Positions 51,294 through 64,000 of a stretch of DNA of 64,000 nucleotides are shown one piece after another; positions within the stretch are counted from its first letter, which is position 1, and the number at the start of each line of letters is the position of its first letter. The stretch spans positions 158,906,001 to 158,970,000 of the forward strand of contig OX597817.1 of assembly GCA_951406725.2 (NCBI GenBank), read 5' to 3'. The notes under the pieces are model-generated. The model saw only the letters and a list, made by a program, of their open reading frames with translations, was not told where the DNA came from and ran no database searches. Source of the stretch: Octopus vulgaris (Eukaryota). A program made the position numbers and the translations under genes.

Positions 51294-53242
51294 TTGTGAG
51301 CTTATGATTGTGAGCTGAATATCCTAACCATTAAGCCATGTGCCTTCCTTCTTATACATAAGAATCAATTCACTGAGGTAACCTCAATGGCTACACATCT
51401 TCCTAGAAACAGCAACCTAATCCAGCTCAAACCACACTCTTAGGTTTGTCATGAGCTCTAGGACTCTTACAGTAGGAGCATAATCTCATTTTCATGGCAT
51501 ATTAGTTAATGAGATTATAACACTCCCTTATGAACAATCCATGGCAGGGTCAATTTTCCAGATTTTGTTGGGACTCATTTACAGCTGAGTGGACTGGAGC
51601 AACATGAACTGAAGTGTTTTGCTCAAGAAGACAATGCGTCATCCAGTCCAGGAATCAAAACCATGATTTTATGATCATTAGGAGAATAACATAACCCCTA
51701 TGCCACATAACTTCCAGACCACACCCCCACTGCCTTAAAAATGGTAGGACACAAAGGAAATACAGAAACACCAGGATATTTAAAATGCTTTGAATAGACA
51801 AAATCTCCACCGACAGATAAAACAACAACAAACTTAACCATTTGGTAAATAGGAAATGATAAAATAAGAGTTGAGGTTGATATGATTGAAATAATTAAAT
51901 CTTTGAAGGTAGTGCTCCAGCGTGACCACAGTCCAAATGCTGAAATCAGGAGGAATTTCAACAGTGTTTCGTGGTCTGCTACCACAACAGCTCCTTTATA
52001 GGATCCAGTTAACACAAGACATCATCAGGAGGAACCATGTCCGGTTTCGGCCCCTACTCCTCAACCGTTTTGACATGGCGGGGTCCCCGCTTTCGGAGGT
52101 GTCTTCAGCTCTGGTGTTGGGTGCATGTCTTCTTTCTTCTTCTTTCTTCTGTTCCCTGGCCTCTTCGATGTAGCATCAACAAGAAGTGTCAGCAGGTGAC
52201 TGACTGACTTAGCAGTATGTAAGAGTTCTCAAGAATCATAAAGCAATGCCCTTTCTTTTCTTTATTTTCCTCCAAGAAGGCAATGGATTATGTCAAGAAG
52301 TATAAAAGTTCTTGTATAAAGGCGTCATGGCTGTACACCAGTTGTTGGTGTCAAACAAATGGTTGAGTCTTTCATACCACCATTGTTTTTTTTTTATCAA
52401 GGAACCATTTCAGCTGGTGACAAGCCAGTTATCCATCAGGTGAATGACTTCTTAACCTGCCCTTCACAGTTCCCCTGTCCCTTTAATGAGACAACAATTT
52501 GGTGACAACTTCATTTACTTAAGCATTCAGTTGACATTTCTTCCAACATTCATAAAAAGAAATGTTTATTTATCTATTTATCTTATTTATTTATTTATTT
52601 TATCTATTTGTTTATCTATTATCTATTTATTTACTTATTTATTTATTTATTTATTTATTTATTTTAATTGAAATGTTATGACATGTTTTGAATAAAGTTG
52701 AGATTTTCTAGTGGAGACAAAATGGAGCTGTGTCTTTTAGGCTGTTTCTAACGATATTATTCATATAACTGGAATGACTTGTGCTATCAGGAATTGAACC
52801 TGATTGCTGTCTCAACTATCATACAATTTACTCACATTTTTCGACATAACACCTATTAAAATTGGAGATAGATTCTGCAACGGGATAATAGTTCCCCAGC
52901 ATTTCTCTTACTGTTTCTTATATTAGCTTCTGACATAGATACAAGGCCTCGAATTTGGGACACATATAATTGATTAAATGGACCTTAGTAATTGGCTGAT
53001 ACTTCTGCAGACACATGTCAGTATGGAGGCAGTATTAAATTACAGGTACAATTTATCTGATGGGCTTCTACACAGCTTCTGTCTCCCTAATTTCACTCAC
53101 AAACGAAGGGTGAACTGGAATTATTGATAATTGACACTTGCCCAAGATGCTGTGCTGTGAAATTGAAACTGAGTCCTTGTGATTATGAAGCAAAATTTTA
53201 AGCTATTCAGCTATCCCACATCCACCCCGCTCAACACATATA

Positions 53243-53355
<113 letters not shown>

Positions 53356-53603
53356 CATACATACATACACACATACACATGAATATACACACATATGTGT
53401 GTGTGTGTTTGTGTTATTGATATATGGCAGAAGTAACAGAGTGACTTGGAGGCCGAAAGTTTAATTGGTTAGAATTTATCAAATATGATAAGGGCTAACA
53501 TGAAACTCTTGGCCAAATATTTACATATAATATATATATACTCATGTTCTCAGTTCTACTTTTTCTGTTTACATTTCCAAACCCATATATGTATATATAT
53601 ATA

Positions 53604-53652
<49 letters not shown>

Positions 53653-53989
53653 TCATCATCATCATCACAATCATTTAACATCCGACTTTTATGCTGTCAT
53701 GGATTGGATGGTTTGACAGGATCTGACGAGCCTTGTCTTGCAATAATTTCTTATCTTACACAACAAGTCTTATCGTGTTACAAAGCAATTGTTGAGCTAC
53801 TCACATGTGCTTCTTGTTTGGATGTCATGCTTTGTATTATATAACAAATGTATTAAAACACAAACTGACATCACATTCCATGCCAATACACAAAGGCTGC
53901 AACTCAGTTTCAAGTGATGTCATTTCTATCATGAAATTTGGCATTGAGTGTTTTGTCATTCCCAGCAACAGCTAACAATAACTTAGATA

Positions 53990-54790
53990 TAATTTAGATA
54001 TGTTTCAACCAAAGATTGGCCCCGGCCGTGTCAAACTTAAGAAAAGAGGAATGATGACATCTTGTTCTCTGGACTGGAAAGTTCTTAGGATCCAGAAACT
54101 TGTCTTATGAGCTATATTGATTTTATTGTTAATGTGGGCACTCCAGCTGAGATTGTGGTCAACAATTACTCCTAGATCTCAGATATTATTAGATGCTGTG
54201 AGTGGTTCCCCTGAAGGAAGAGAATATGGTTGTTTTAGCATAGATTTTTTTCCAAAATGCATCATTTCAAATTTTGCCTCATTTAGTTGAATTTTGTTTT
54301 TGTCTGCCTATTGACTTACAACATGCAGATCTGACTGGAGTTCAGTTCAGTCGTCTCCAGACTATAAACAGGAGCGGGCCCAAGACAGTCTCCTGAGGAA
54401 CACTGCTGGTGGCTTTGCTGGGCTTGAGTGGATTCCACCGATATCAACATGTTGTGCTCTGTTCTCCAGGAAATATTCAATCCACTGTAGTAGTTTTCCA
54501 CAGATTCCAGTATTTGACAGTTTTGACAGTAGGATATTGTGGTCAACTTTGTCAAACACTTTACTGAAATCAAGATAAATGACATCAGATTTCGAACCTA
54601 ATCCCAAGGCTTTAAGGACATCGTCAACATGATGTAAGAGCTGTGTTAGACAGTCTCTGCTGCAGCATAAGCCATGCTGGTTTGAATTTAGAAGATTGTG
54701 ACTCTCCAGGAAGCCAACTATCTTTGATCTCACCACCCTTTCAAACACTTTGATGACATAGGAGGTGAGTGAGATTGGGTGATAGTAGAT
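53990..54790 (-). mobile_element. CR1-like LINE reverse-transcriptase remnant
   Basis: FERVVRSKI...NQHG...CLTQLL...DVIYLDFSKVFDKVDHNILLSKL...QWIEYFL, then frameshifted SGVPQETVLGPLLF and DLGVIVD..LSW. Confidence 0.9.
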
Positions 54791-55409
54791 GTGAGAGATC
54801 TGTTTCCTTGTTAGAAAACTGGGAAAACCACAGTATGTGATACATAACAGAGATGCTTAAAATCAAGTGTACCTTGCTTACCAGCCCCATGGTTCTGGGT
54901 TCAGTCCCACTGCATGGCACCTTGGGTAAGTGTCTTCTGCTATAGTGTCGGACTGACCAAAGCCTTGTGAGCAGATTAGGTAGGGGGAAACTGAAAGAAA
55001 GTGAGAAAAGGACTTGCACAGTGCCACCCCCACTCTCTGAACAACATGCATTTACCCAAAAAGAAGAACTAATCTACATCATTGGATGCAAATGAAGTCA
55101 CAAGTGTTACGTCAGAGTTTTTACATTCCCCTAAAGAGATGTCTAAACAAAAGTTAAGAGTAGGGTCTCTCACACCCAGCTGATGGATGGCTGTTGAGTC
55201 TACTGAGCTCATCTGTCTTTTGACAGGTTTTGTTTTTTCATACGGCAGGGTGTCCATTGAAACTATCCTCCTTAACAAGCAGGTTTTGTTGGGTTGCTGG
55301 TTTAATCACTGACAGCCTCTCCGTGCGATAGGCTGCACTGGGTTGCATACATACATACATACATACATACATACATACATACATACATACATACATACAT
55401 ACATACATA

Positions 55410-55628
55410 CAAGGAGATGCTAAAAAGATCTTGGCTTTGGGTAAAAGAAAATACAGGAGGATCAGTTAATTATGATTTTATTCAACATATTCCCTTCTCA
55501 GATTCACTCACTTATTTTTCAGTGGTCCTTCAGGGTCTATAATCTCTGAAAAAGAATTCAGAAAATTGGGCCTTCAACCAGGCCTTTCACAATACTTTTA
55601 AAGCCAGGAACTTTTCAGCATCCCCTTG
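55410..55628. mobile_element. Mariner-like MITE within (CATA)n
   Basis: CAAGGAGATGCTAAAAAGATCTTGGCTT / AAGCCAGGAACTTTTCAGCATCCCCTTG imperfect TIRs. Confidence 0.7.
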
Positions 55629-56204
55629 AACATACATACATACATACATACATACATATCTCCAACATGTGCTCACTCCCCAATGACCTTCGGTGCAACC
55701 CAAAAATCGCTGCACTTCAACTAAAATCCATAAGAGAAGCGTTTTGCGAAGTAAAAGATAAAATGGTTATGTTTCTGTATATCTTCTTAAAACTTCAGAA
55801 TGATGCTAACATTAATATGATTTGTAACCTCTCTTGGACTTATAACCATTTCTATATTTGAAGGCATATAAGATGCAATTCTTTTCCAAAAAAGAAATGG
55901 CTAAAAAAAAAAAATCACCATGGGTCCTATATGCAAAGTCAGGCTGTCCATACTTTAATACACTAAAAAGTTTTTCCCTGAATATGTGCTGCAGAAATTA
56001 GAGTTCAGCTAATATTCCCATTTGTCTTTTATACCATCAAATATGGTAACTCTCTGCCTTTCCTTTTATCCAAAGGGAACCAAATAAAAGAAGTCCTTTG
56101 ATAAGTGCAAGGATCACCCAAGGTGGCTCAAATCAGTTCTGAATAGGATTATCATTATCTCACCTTAACTGTCACTACTGACTGTTGATGTGTGCTGTTG
56201 CTGT

Positions 56205-56578
56205 TTGTTTGTTTGTTGAGCGAAGTGGTCTTCGACCTAGAGTGGGAGAAGTCCGAAATGTGGTCCTTTGCTATTCGTAAGATCCGCAGAAGAGAAAGCA
56301 GGTCAACCCCCGACATCGAGAGCATCGACTAATGGATGAATGAGCATCCAGGCTCAGCGGTTGCATAGGAAGTCGGGGATAAGAAACAGGAAGATAGAGT
56401 GAGAGAAAGTTGGAGCGAAGGAGTACAACAGTGGGCGCCACCACCCCCTGCCGGAGCCTCGTGGAGCTTTTAGGTGTTTTCACTCAATAAACACACACAA
56501 CGCCAGGTCTGGGAATCGAAACCACGATCCTCCGACCGTGAGTCCACTGCCCTAACCACTGCACCATTGCGCCTCCAC
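56205..56578 (-). mobile_element. tRNA-derived SINE (GTGGAGG head), 3' module D
   Basis: Same head as 50206, different tail ending (AAAC)n, flanked by GCTGT(T/G)GCTGTT. Confidence 0.8.
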
Positions 56579-56963
56579 TGCTGTGGCTGTTATGTTGTCA
56601 TAAATGACAGATACATGTCATTTCTGATGTGATATTTAATGTACTTGCAAAGACAGCAGGGTTTGCAGAAAGCGTTGAGAGCAGACTAAATCCTTTGAAA
56701 TGGTCACTTACACATGTCAGACTTGCACCTACTTCAATGCTATACTCAACTAGGTTGAGAGATTTTGTCTTGCAAGTAATTGGTGATCTCATTAGTACTG
56801 ATGCCATGAATGAAGCCTTCAGTACACTGTAAAGTGGTGGACATTAGGAAGAGTATTCTGCTATAGAAACCATGCCAAAGTAGACATTGGTGTTTGACAC
56901 AGCTCTCTGGCATGTTGGTTTCTGTTGAACCATCCACCTTATGCCAGCATGAAAAACCAGATG

Positions 56964-57191
56964 TTAACCCTTTCATTACCAACCCGGCTGAAACCAGCTC
57001 TGGTTCTGAGTACAAATTTCTTGTTTTTATAAGTTTTAAATTAAAACCTTTCACCAAACCTTAGTCACAATTTATGTTTCTAACAGTAGCTGAATGATAA
57101 CTAAGTTATTTTACTAAATTCTTTATTATATTTAAAGTAATTGAAAGAAACACAGAGCATCTCAACATAAATACAGTGACGAAAGGGTTAA
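56964..57191. mobile_element. piggyBac-type MITE inserted in the TTAA of an RTE tail
   Basis: GATG-TTAA|CCCTT...AAGGG|TTAA-ATGATGATG. Confidence 0.88.
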
Positions 57192-59079
57192 ATGATGATG
57201 GTGATAATCCTATGAGTTCAAATCCTGGGTTCAAATCCTATGAGGGTTGACTGTCTTTTATTCGTCTAGAATCAATAAAAAAATATACCAATAATGTTTT
57301 GAGTTTGTTGCAGCTAATTCCACCAGTACACACATACATCAAAGATAGAAACCAACAATTATTGTAGCTCATTCTTCTCTTCCTACTATTGCAAGAATTT
57401 GATATCTATATTGCAAAAAGATGTATAAATATCATAAAATATATACATGTAGATTCATGTTTAACACCAGTGTTTGATTGTAATCAGTTCTGATAAGACC
57501 AAATACTGCAAGAATAATCTTGGGAGAAAATTTCCACCTAGACTTGTGTAAATACACATTTTGTTTTGGGCTTTGGGAATTTTCATGCATTTCTGTGTTG
57601 TCCTGCTTCATTAGTAACAAAAACTAACTCAGTTGTTCAAATACTTCTAAGTATAAATAGCTATCGGCTTTGATAAGGCCTAATACTGCAGGAAATGTCT
57701 TGGGAGAAAATTCTCCAGCTAGACTTATTTAAATAAACATTTTGTTCTGGGCTGCAGATAATGTTATTAGATCATAGGATGCATGTGTCATTCTGTTTTG
57801 TCAGGTACAAAAACTGGCTCAGTTAGTTGTTCATAGCCCAATAAGTATCAATATTTTCATAAAACATATTCACCACATTTAAGAGTTCAATTTTGGCATT
57901 AGGAAAGGGCATCCAGCTGTAGAAACTCTGCCAGATCAGATTGGAGTCTGGTGCAGCCATCTGTTTGGCCAGTCCTCAGTCAAATCGTCCAACCCATGCT
58001 AGCATAGAAAGCGGACGTTAAACGATGATGATGATGATGATCTACAAGAGTAGAGTATTTAGAATAAAACAAAAACAGAAAAGCACAGATCTCTCATATA
58101 ATTCATAATTTAATTGTGTTTAACAGCTGTTTCAGTAGAATAAAAACACCATCATTTATATAATTACATAATTAACACCTATAATTAATTCAGAGAGATG
58201 TGTGTCCTATGCTAACTAACATATTATCATGTACATTTACTAAAGGAGTTTTAACATGCTTTGTTAAATTAAAACTATTTTCCTCATCTTGGGCATCACA
58301 GTCTCAACACTTAGGTTGTTGTACCCCAAAGGACCTTCTTCAAAACTCTGCTATGTTAGATATCATTCTTGGAATTTCAAACTGAACCTTTTGTAACTTA
58401 GAATCTATATATATGTGCATTTGAATGCAGCAAGGACCAACTGGCCTTTGGCTGTTGTTTGTATTCCATTGTGTCCACTGCTCTGGTTGGTTGGTGTTGG
58501 AGCAGTTTGTCTCCAACTCTGTTGTGCCAACTAACCATGGATAGCCAGTCAGAGACTTTAGATAGCATCACATGAACAACCTTTTCGAACCCTATTTTGA
58601 GCCTACTACTTTCTATAAAAATCCAGCTTTTTCTTCAATATACATATTTGGTTCCTGACCTTTTAAGGTTAAGCCACTGACCACGTAGACACAGCCAGTT
58701 CCAACGACAACACCACAGCAGCCACATTGAGACTTACTGATGTTGTCCAACAGCATTACAGCAACCTCCGTCTTCGTCGCCACCATCATTTTCTTAATGT
58801 CATCAACACCATCTCTCTATGTACACAGCTCAGCGAGTAACTCGCCCAGGTTCCAACACTTCTCTGTTCGTGAATTACTTCACCATGGATCAACAGCACA
58901 TATACAACCTACAAGAACAGCTGTACCAAGTGACCCAGGCAGCAGCATTACAGTCATGACTTTACGTACGACATGTACCTGCAACTGGCTCAGTATCATG
59001 GCCACAACTTCTTGATACAGTATTTCAACTCTCGTGTATTAATAACTATGAACTGGTATTACTATGAACATTACTATGA

Positions 59080-59497
59080 ACCCCCTTTGCTTGCAAAGAC
59101 ATGTTGGGGCAAGTGAAATCGAAATCGAAATTGAACCAATCCTATGATGCACCCGGCAGATGCTAGGACCCCTGGACTGGTGGTACATAAAATGCACTAT
59201 CCGAATCATGGCTGATGCCAGCGCCGCCTCGACTGGCTTCCGTGCCGGTGGCACATAAATTGCACCAATCCGACTGTGGCCGTTGCCAGCCTCGCCTGGC
59301 ACCTGTGCGGGTGGCACGTAAAAACACCCACTACACTCACGGAGTGGTTGGCGTTAGGAAGGGCATCCAGCTGTAGAAACATTGCCAGATAAGACTGGAG
59401 CCTGGTGCAGCCTCCTGGCTTCCCAGATCACGGTCGAACCGTCCAGCCCATGCTAGCATGGAAAACGGACGTTAAACGATGATGATGATGATGATGA
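59080..59497 (+). mobile_element. RTE-type tail
   Basis: Units, core and (GAT)n. Further copies at 57894-58040 and 62215-62466. Confidence 0.8.
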
Positions 59498-59751
59498 TTC
59501 TTCTCACTTCTCTTTATAGTCTCTTTCACAATCTACATACAAACATCCTCAAAAGTACACAACACAACACACACATCCATGCTTCTACACACATATGCGC
59601 ATAAACCTTCTTCTCACAATGGCCTGTCTATTATTCTATATCCATGACGCACACACACAAACACACAGACACACATACGTTATTATATCAATAAATCTTC
59701 TCTTAATCATTCTTCGCGGTTGTGTTTCCTTTTTCTTTCTGGCAAATATAT

Positions 59752-59957
59752 GTACTCTCTTTTACTTGTTTCAGTCATTTGACTGTAGCCATGCTGGTGC
59801 ACTGCCTTTAGTTGAGCAAATCGCCCCCAGGACTTATTCTTTGTAAGCCAAGTACTTATTCTATTGGTCTCTTTTGCCGAACCATTAAGTTACGGGGACG
59901 TAAATACACCAGCATTGGTTGTCAAGCGATGTTGGGGTGACAAACACAGAAACACAA

Positions 59958-60016
<59 letters not shown>

Positions 60017-60185
60017 CACATATACGACGGGCTTCTTTCAGTTTCTGTCTACCAAATCCACTCACAAGGCTTTGGTCAGCCCGAGGCTATAGTAGAAGAC
60101 ACTTGCTCAAGGTGCCATGCAGTGGGACTGAACCCAGAACCATGTAGTTGGTAAGCAAGCTACTTACCACACAGCCACTCCTACC
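59752..60185 (-). mobile_element. CORE-like SINE, near full length
   Basis: Reverse complement of 15329-15729. Confidence 0.82.
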
Positions 60186-62181
60186 CCTATACTATTCAAT
60201 TAATATTTATTGTATCAACCGTGTGATGTACTAAAGAGCCATTCTCATCATCTCGCATTGCATGGTCCCTATACTTTTATTAAATCAATGATGAGGTAGA
60301 TTGTTCTTATTCTGTTGTCCATTCCAGAATTATCTTCATAATTAATCAACCCTTCAACTTGTAATGCCACACCCCAGTTCCACTTGAACGCAAGTATTTG
60401 TAATTTGACTGACCGAGAGTTTAAACTTACAGTCACTAACTAAATTACTACACTTAATCAGTGCCTAAATACTTTACACATATTCTACTTCACAATTACT
60501 TTGACAATTATAACTGAAAGTAATTACTTTGCTGATGAAATCAGAATAAAGCTGAAACATAGTCAGAGTTGTCTCTAGTGCTTGTTGGAGAAATGAAAAG
60601 TAACATTAATCAATGGTTAACATTGTTTTTCCCTGCTGGAAAATTTATTAACATTTCTGGTTAAAATATGTTAATAATATTAGAAATTAACGTACATTTT
60701 TAATTGAAGCCTATGATCCCAGTTTTTGACCATAGTTCATATGTTAAAGTTTACATTGAACTTTAGCTACACCGCCACTACAACCACTACCATCACCACC
60801 ACCACCACCAGAACCCCCACCATTACCTCACTCCCACTCCCACCCCACCCCCACCACTATCTTCACAATTATTAACACTTCATCCCATCACCATCACCAC
60901 CACTGTCACTACCATCACCACCACCACCATCATCATCGCCAACACTGTCACCACCACTACCACCAACACCACCACCACCACCAACACCACCACCACCGTC
61001 ACATAACCATACAGTTATGTAATGTATCATAGCACTGTCTTATCTGTAAACAGACCACCTTACTACCATATCACCTGACAACATCCAGAGAAGAAAACCT
61101 TGATGTGGTGTGTTTGAAATGCTAGAAATAGAAACAAAATTCCCTCATATTATACTTTGCTAACTTGAATGAAGGGAGGATATGTTACCAAATGTAGTTT
61201 TATACAAACTGGAAAGAAGTAATGGCTATGATCTCAATGTCTTTCATCATGGGTCAGCTTGATCAGCGTTGGCCTAGGGTTGAATAACTACTCTTTATAA
61301 CCTATAAGAGGGAGCCACTACCACTGCTACTGTTCCTGCTTCTGCTGTGGTGGCAGTGGTGGTGGTGGGGTAGTGGTAGTGGTGGTGGTGGGCAGTGGTG
61401 GTGGTGGAAGCAGCAGCAGTGATGGTGGTAATGGAGGTGGTGGTTTAGATGATGGTGGTGATGGTTGTAGTAGTGAGGGTGGTAATGGTGGGCTTTGGTG
61501 ACGGTGGCGGTGGTGGTGACAACGATGTTTATGATGATGATGATGATGATGACAAAGATTGTAATAAAGTTGATGATGATGATAATATTAAAATTTGATC
61601 TGAGCTGTATGATTAAGGATTGCCTTTAATCCGCTGATCAAACAAGAAGAGGAAGATCAAATTAATGACACATTGTATTAATTGTTTTGTTGCTATGAAG
61701 TGAAGCAGACAAAAATAAATTTTTAAGAACATTTTAAAAAGTCCATGGGTCAACTGTAGACTAATACAACTTCAGAGGACCAATCCTTATTTCTAAGTTC
61801 CCCATAATGCTGGTAAGAGATAAGTCTCTTTCCTTATTGATTTTCTTGGAAACCTGGTACCAATTCCTTGATATCCAGTATACATTGTACATAGATACAT
61901 TGGTTTATATATTTGGCAAACCCAAATTATTTTTTGATTTTTTTCTTTGCTTTTTTATCTTTCACTTGTTTCACTCATTGGACTGCGACCATGCTGGAGC
62001 ATCACTTTGAATGGTTTTAAGTCAAACAAGTCAACCCCAGTACTTATTTTTAGGCCTAGCACTTATTGGTATTGGTTTTTTCGTCAGATGCTATGTCATG
62101 GGAGATGCAAACAAACCAATAATGGTTGTCAAGGAGTGGTGGGAGACAAACTCAAACACACACACACACACCTGCATATAT

Positions 62182-62217
<36 letters not shown>

Positions 62218-62565
62218 TGGTGGCATCCATGCCAGTGGCACATAAAAAGCACCAACCGATCATGGCCATTGCCACCCTCACCTGGCACATAAAAAGCACC
62301 CACTACACTCATGGAGTGGTTGGCGTTAGGAAGGGCATCCAGCTGTAGAAACACTGCCAGATCAGACTGGAGCCTGGTGCAGCCTCCTGGCTTCCCAGAC
62401 ACCGGTCGAACTGTCCAACCTGTGCTAGCATGGAAAACGGACGTTAAACGATGATGATGATGATGATATATATATAGGGAGAATTCACAAAAAAACAAAA
62501 GACGAAGACAGGTGGTGTAGACAACAAACAGATGTATTAGTATAATGCTCGAGAAGTGAAAAAGT

Positions 62566-62601
62566 CTTTAACATTTCGAGCATACGCTCTTCCACAGAAA
62601 G
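62566..62601 (-). ncRNA. Degenerate hammerhead-like motif in a Penelope-type terminal repeat
   Basis: Minus strand CTTT CTGTGGA A GAGC-GTAT-GCTC GAAA TG TT AAAG: stems I and II intact, core A6 changed to U. Confidence 0.4.
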
Positions 62602-63606
62602 GAACACAGAAAGAAATAAGGAGAGAAAATAAAGAATGTGTAGTGGCTAATCTGTGATGGGCTTCCATGTAGTTTCCATCAACTGAATTCATTCACAAAG
62701 CAATGGTCAACCTGATGTTATAGTAGAAGACACTCTCCCAAGGTTCTGTGCAGTGGGACTAAACCCAAAACCATGTGGTCAGGGAAACAAACTTCTTACA
62801 ACACAGTCGTGTGTGAATGACTTAGTGGTTAGGGTGTTGGACACTCATGATCATAAGATTGTGGTTTCAATTCCTGGGTTGGGCAATGCATTGTATTTTT
62901 GTGCAAAGCACTTCATTTCACATTGCTCCAGTCCACTCTGCTGGTAAAAGTGAGTAACTATGTGATAGACTGATGTTCCATCCAGCGAAACTAGGAAACC
63001 AGCCCTATGAGTCTATGTGACTGGGAAAAGGGCTTTATCCTTTTTTTATACTTTATCATAATCACCATGATCACCGTGACCACCGTGACCAACCAGGCTA
63101 TCCAGATGTTGCTACACATCGCTGGTCACAATGCGCTTCACATTGTTCTAGCCTTCAAATGACGCCACCCCACTGGCTAAGCGTGCAGGCCAACTTTATC
63201 AAAATAGGGTACCAAAAAGGGACAATCAAACAGCATTACCCTGCAGTAAGTATTTATATCCAACCAAATAATCTTCACTTAGGTCAAAGTCCGCTTTATC
63301 TTCCTACAAGCTCAATAAACAGAGTACCAGATAAATTAGTAAAAATTGATAAATAATCATCTGAAACCCTTGAAGACATTGCCCCAATCTCAGTTCAATG
63401 ACTTAAATTAATTAAGGAATATAAAAGAATGTCAGTCAGTACCAAGAGAACAAACAAACGACATGACAACATTATTCAAAGTGATTCCAATTGAATTACA
63501 TATAAAAAGAAACTTCAGATTTGTCCAGAATATTATGACAAATTGGAAAAATACGTTTTCTCCAGACAAATGGTTGAGTCAAACAGAATTTTAAAAATAC
63601 TTCATC

Positions 63607-63822
63607 ATTGTTGCTGTTATTGCTCTTGCTCTTGTTGTTGGTGTTGTTGTTGCTGCTGTTACTGTTGCTGTTGTTGTTGCTGTTGCTGTCCTCTTCTTCT
63701 TCTTCTTCTTCTTCTTCTTCTTCTTCTTCTTCTTCTTCTTCTTCTTCTTCTTCTTCTTCTTCTTCTTCTTCTTCTTCTTCTTCTTCTTCTTCTTCTTCTT
63801 CTTCTTCCTCCTCCTCCTCCTC
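63607..63822. repeat. (TGT/TGC)n followed by (CTT)n/(CCT)n microsatellite
   Basis: Directly visible. Source of the poly-E/L/R ORFs. Confidence 0.97.
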
Positions 63823-64000
63823 CACCAGCATCAGTTGTGAAGCGATGTTGGGGGTGGGGACACAGACACACAAGCGTATACACACACACACACATATATA
63901 TATATACACACATATATACGACGGGCTTCTTTCAGTTTCCGTCTACCAAATTCACTCAAATGGCTTTGGTCAGCCCGAGGCTATAGTAGAAGACACTTGC

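Noticed and set aside
56598-56832. Plausible-looking 67-69 aa ORFs
   Set aside because: Lie between a SINE and an RTE tail, with no splice context or known motif.

Overview
AT-rich, repeat-dense eukaryotic DNA. The repeat families suggest a cephalopod, most likely Octopus (inferred, not proven). Bases 1-19622 hold the 3' part of a spliced THADA/Trm732-family gene on the + strand. I could read 12 exons with GT-AG introns whose phases join into one 675-aa C-terminal frame, including a 33-nt micro-exon. I found no other convincing host gene. The rest is SINEs, RTE/CR1/Penelope retroelement remnants, a decayed mariner transposase, piggyBac/Tc1/hAT MITEs, Helitron-like elements and long microsatellites. 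A ~6 kb block occurs twice around a 100-N gap, probably two uncollapsed haplotypes. The most notable observations are degenerate hammerhead-ribozyme-like motifs and palindromes at Penelope-like termini, one tRNA-like SINE head carrying four different 3' modules, a Tc1-type MITE supplying the first AATAAA after the THADA stop, and inverted repeat pairs in THADA introns that could be RNA-editing substrates. Nearly all ORFs in the supplied track are repeat artefacts. All family assignments come from motif recognition; no searches were run.
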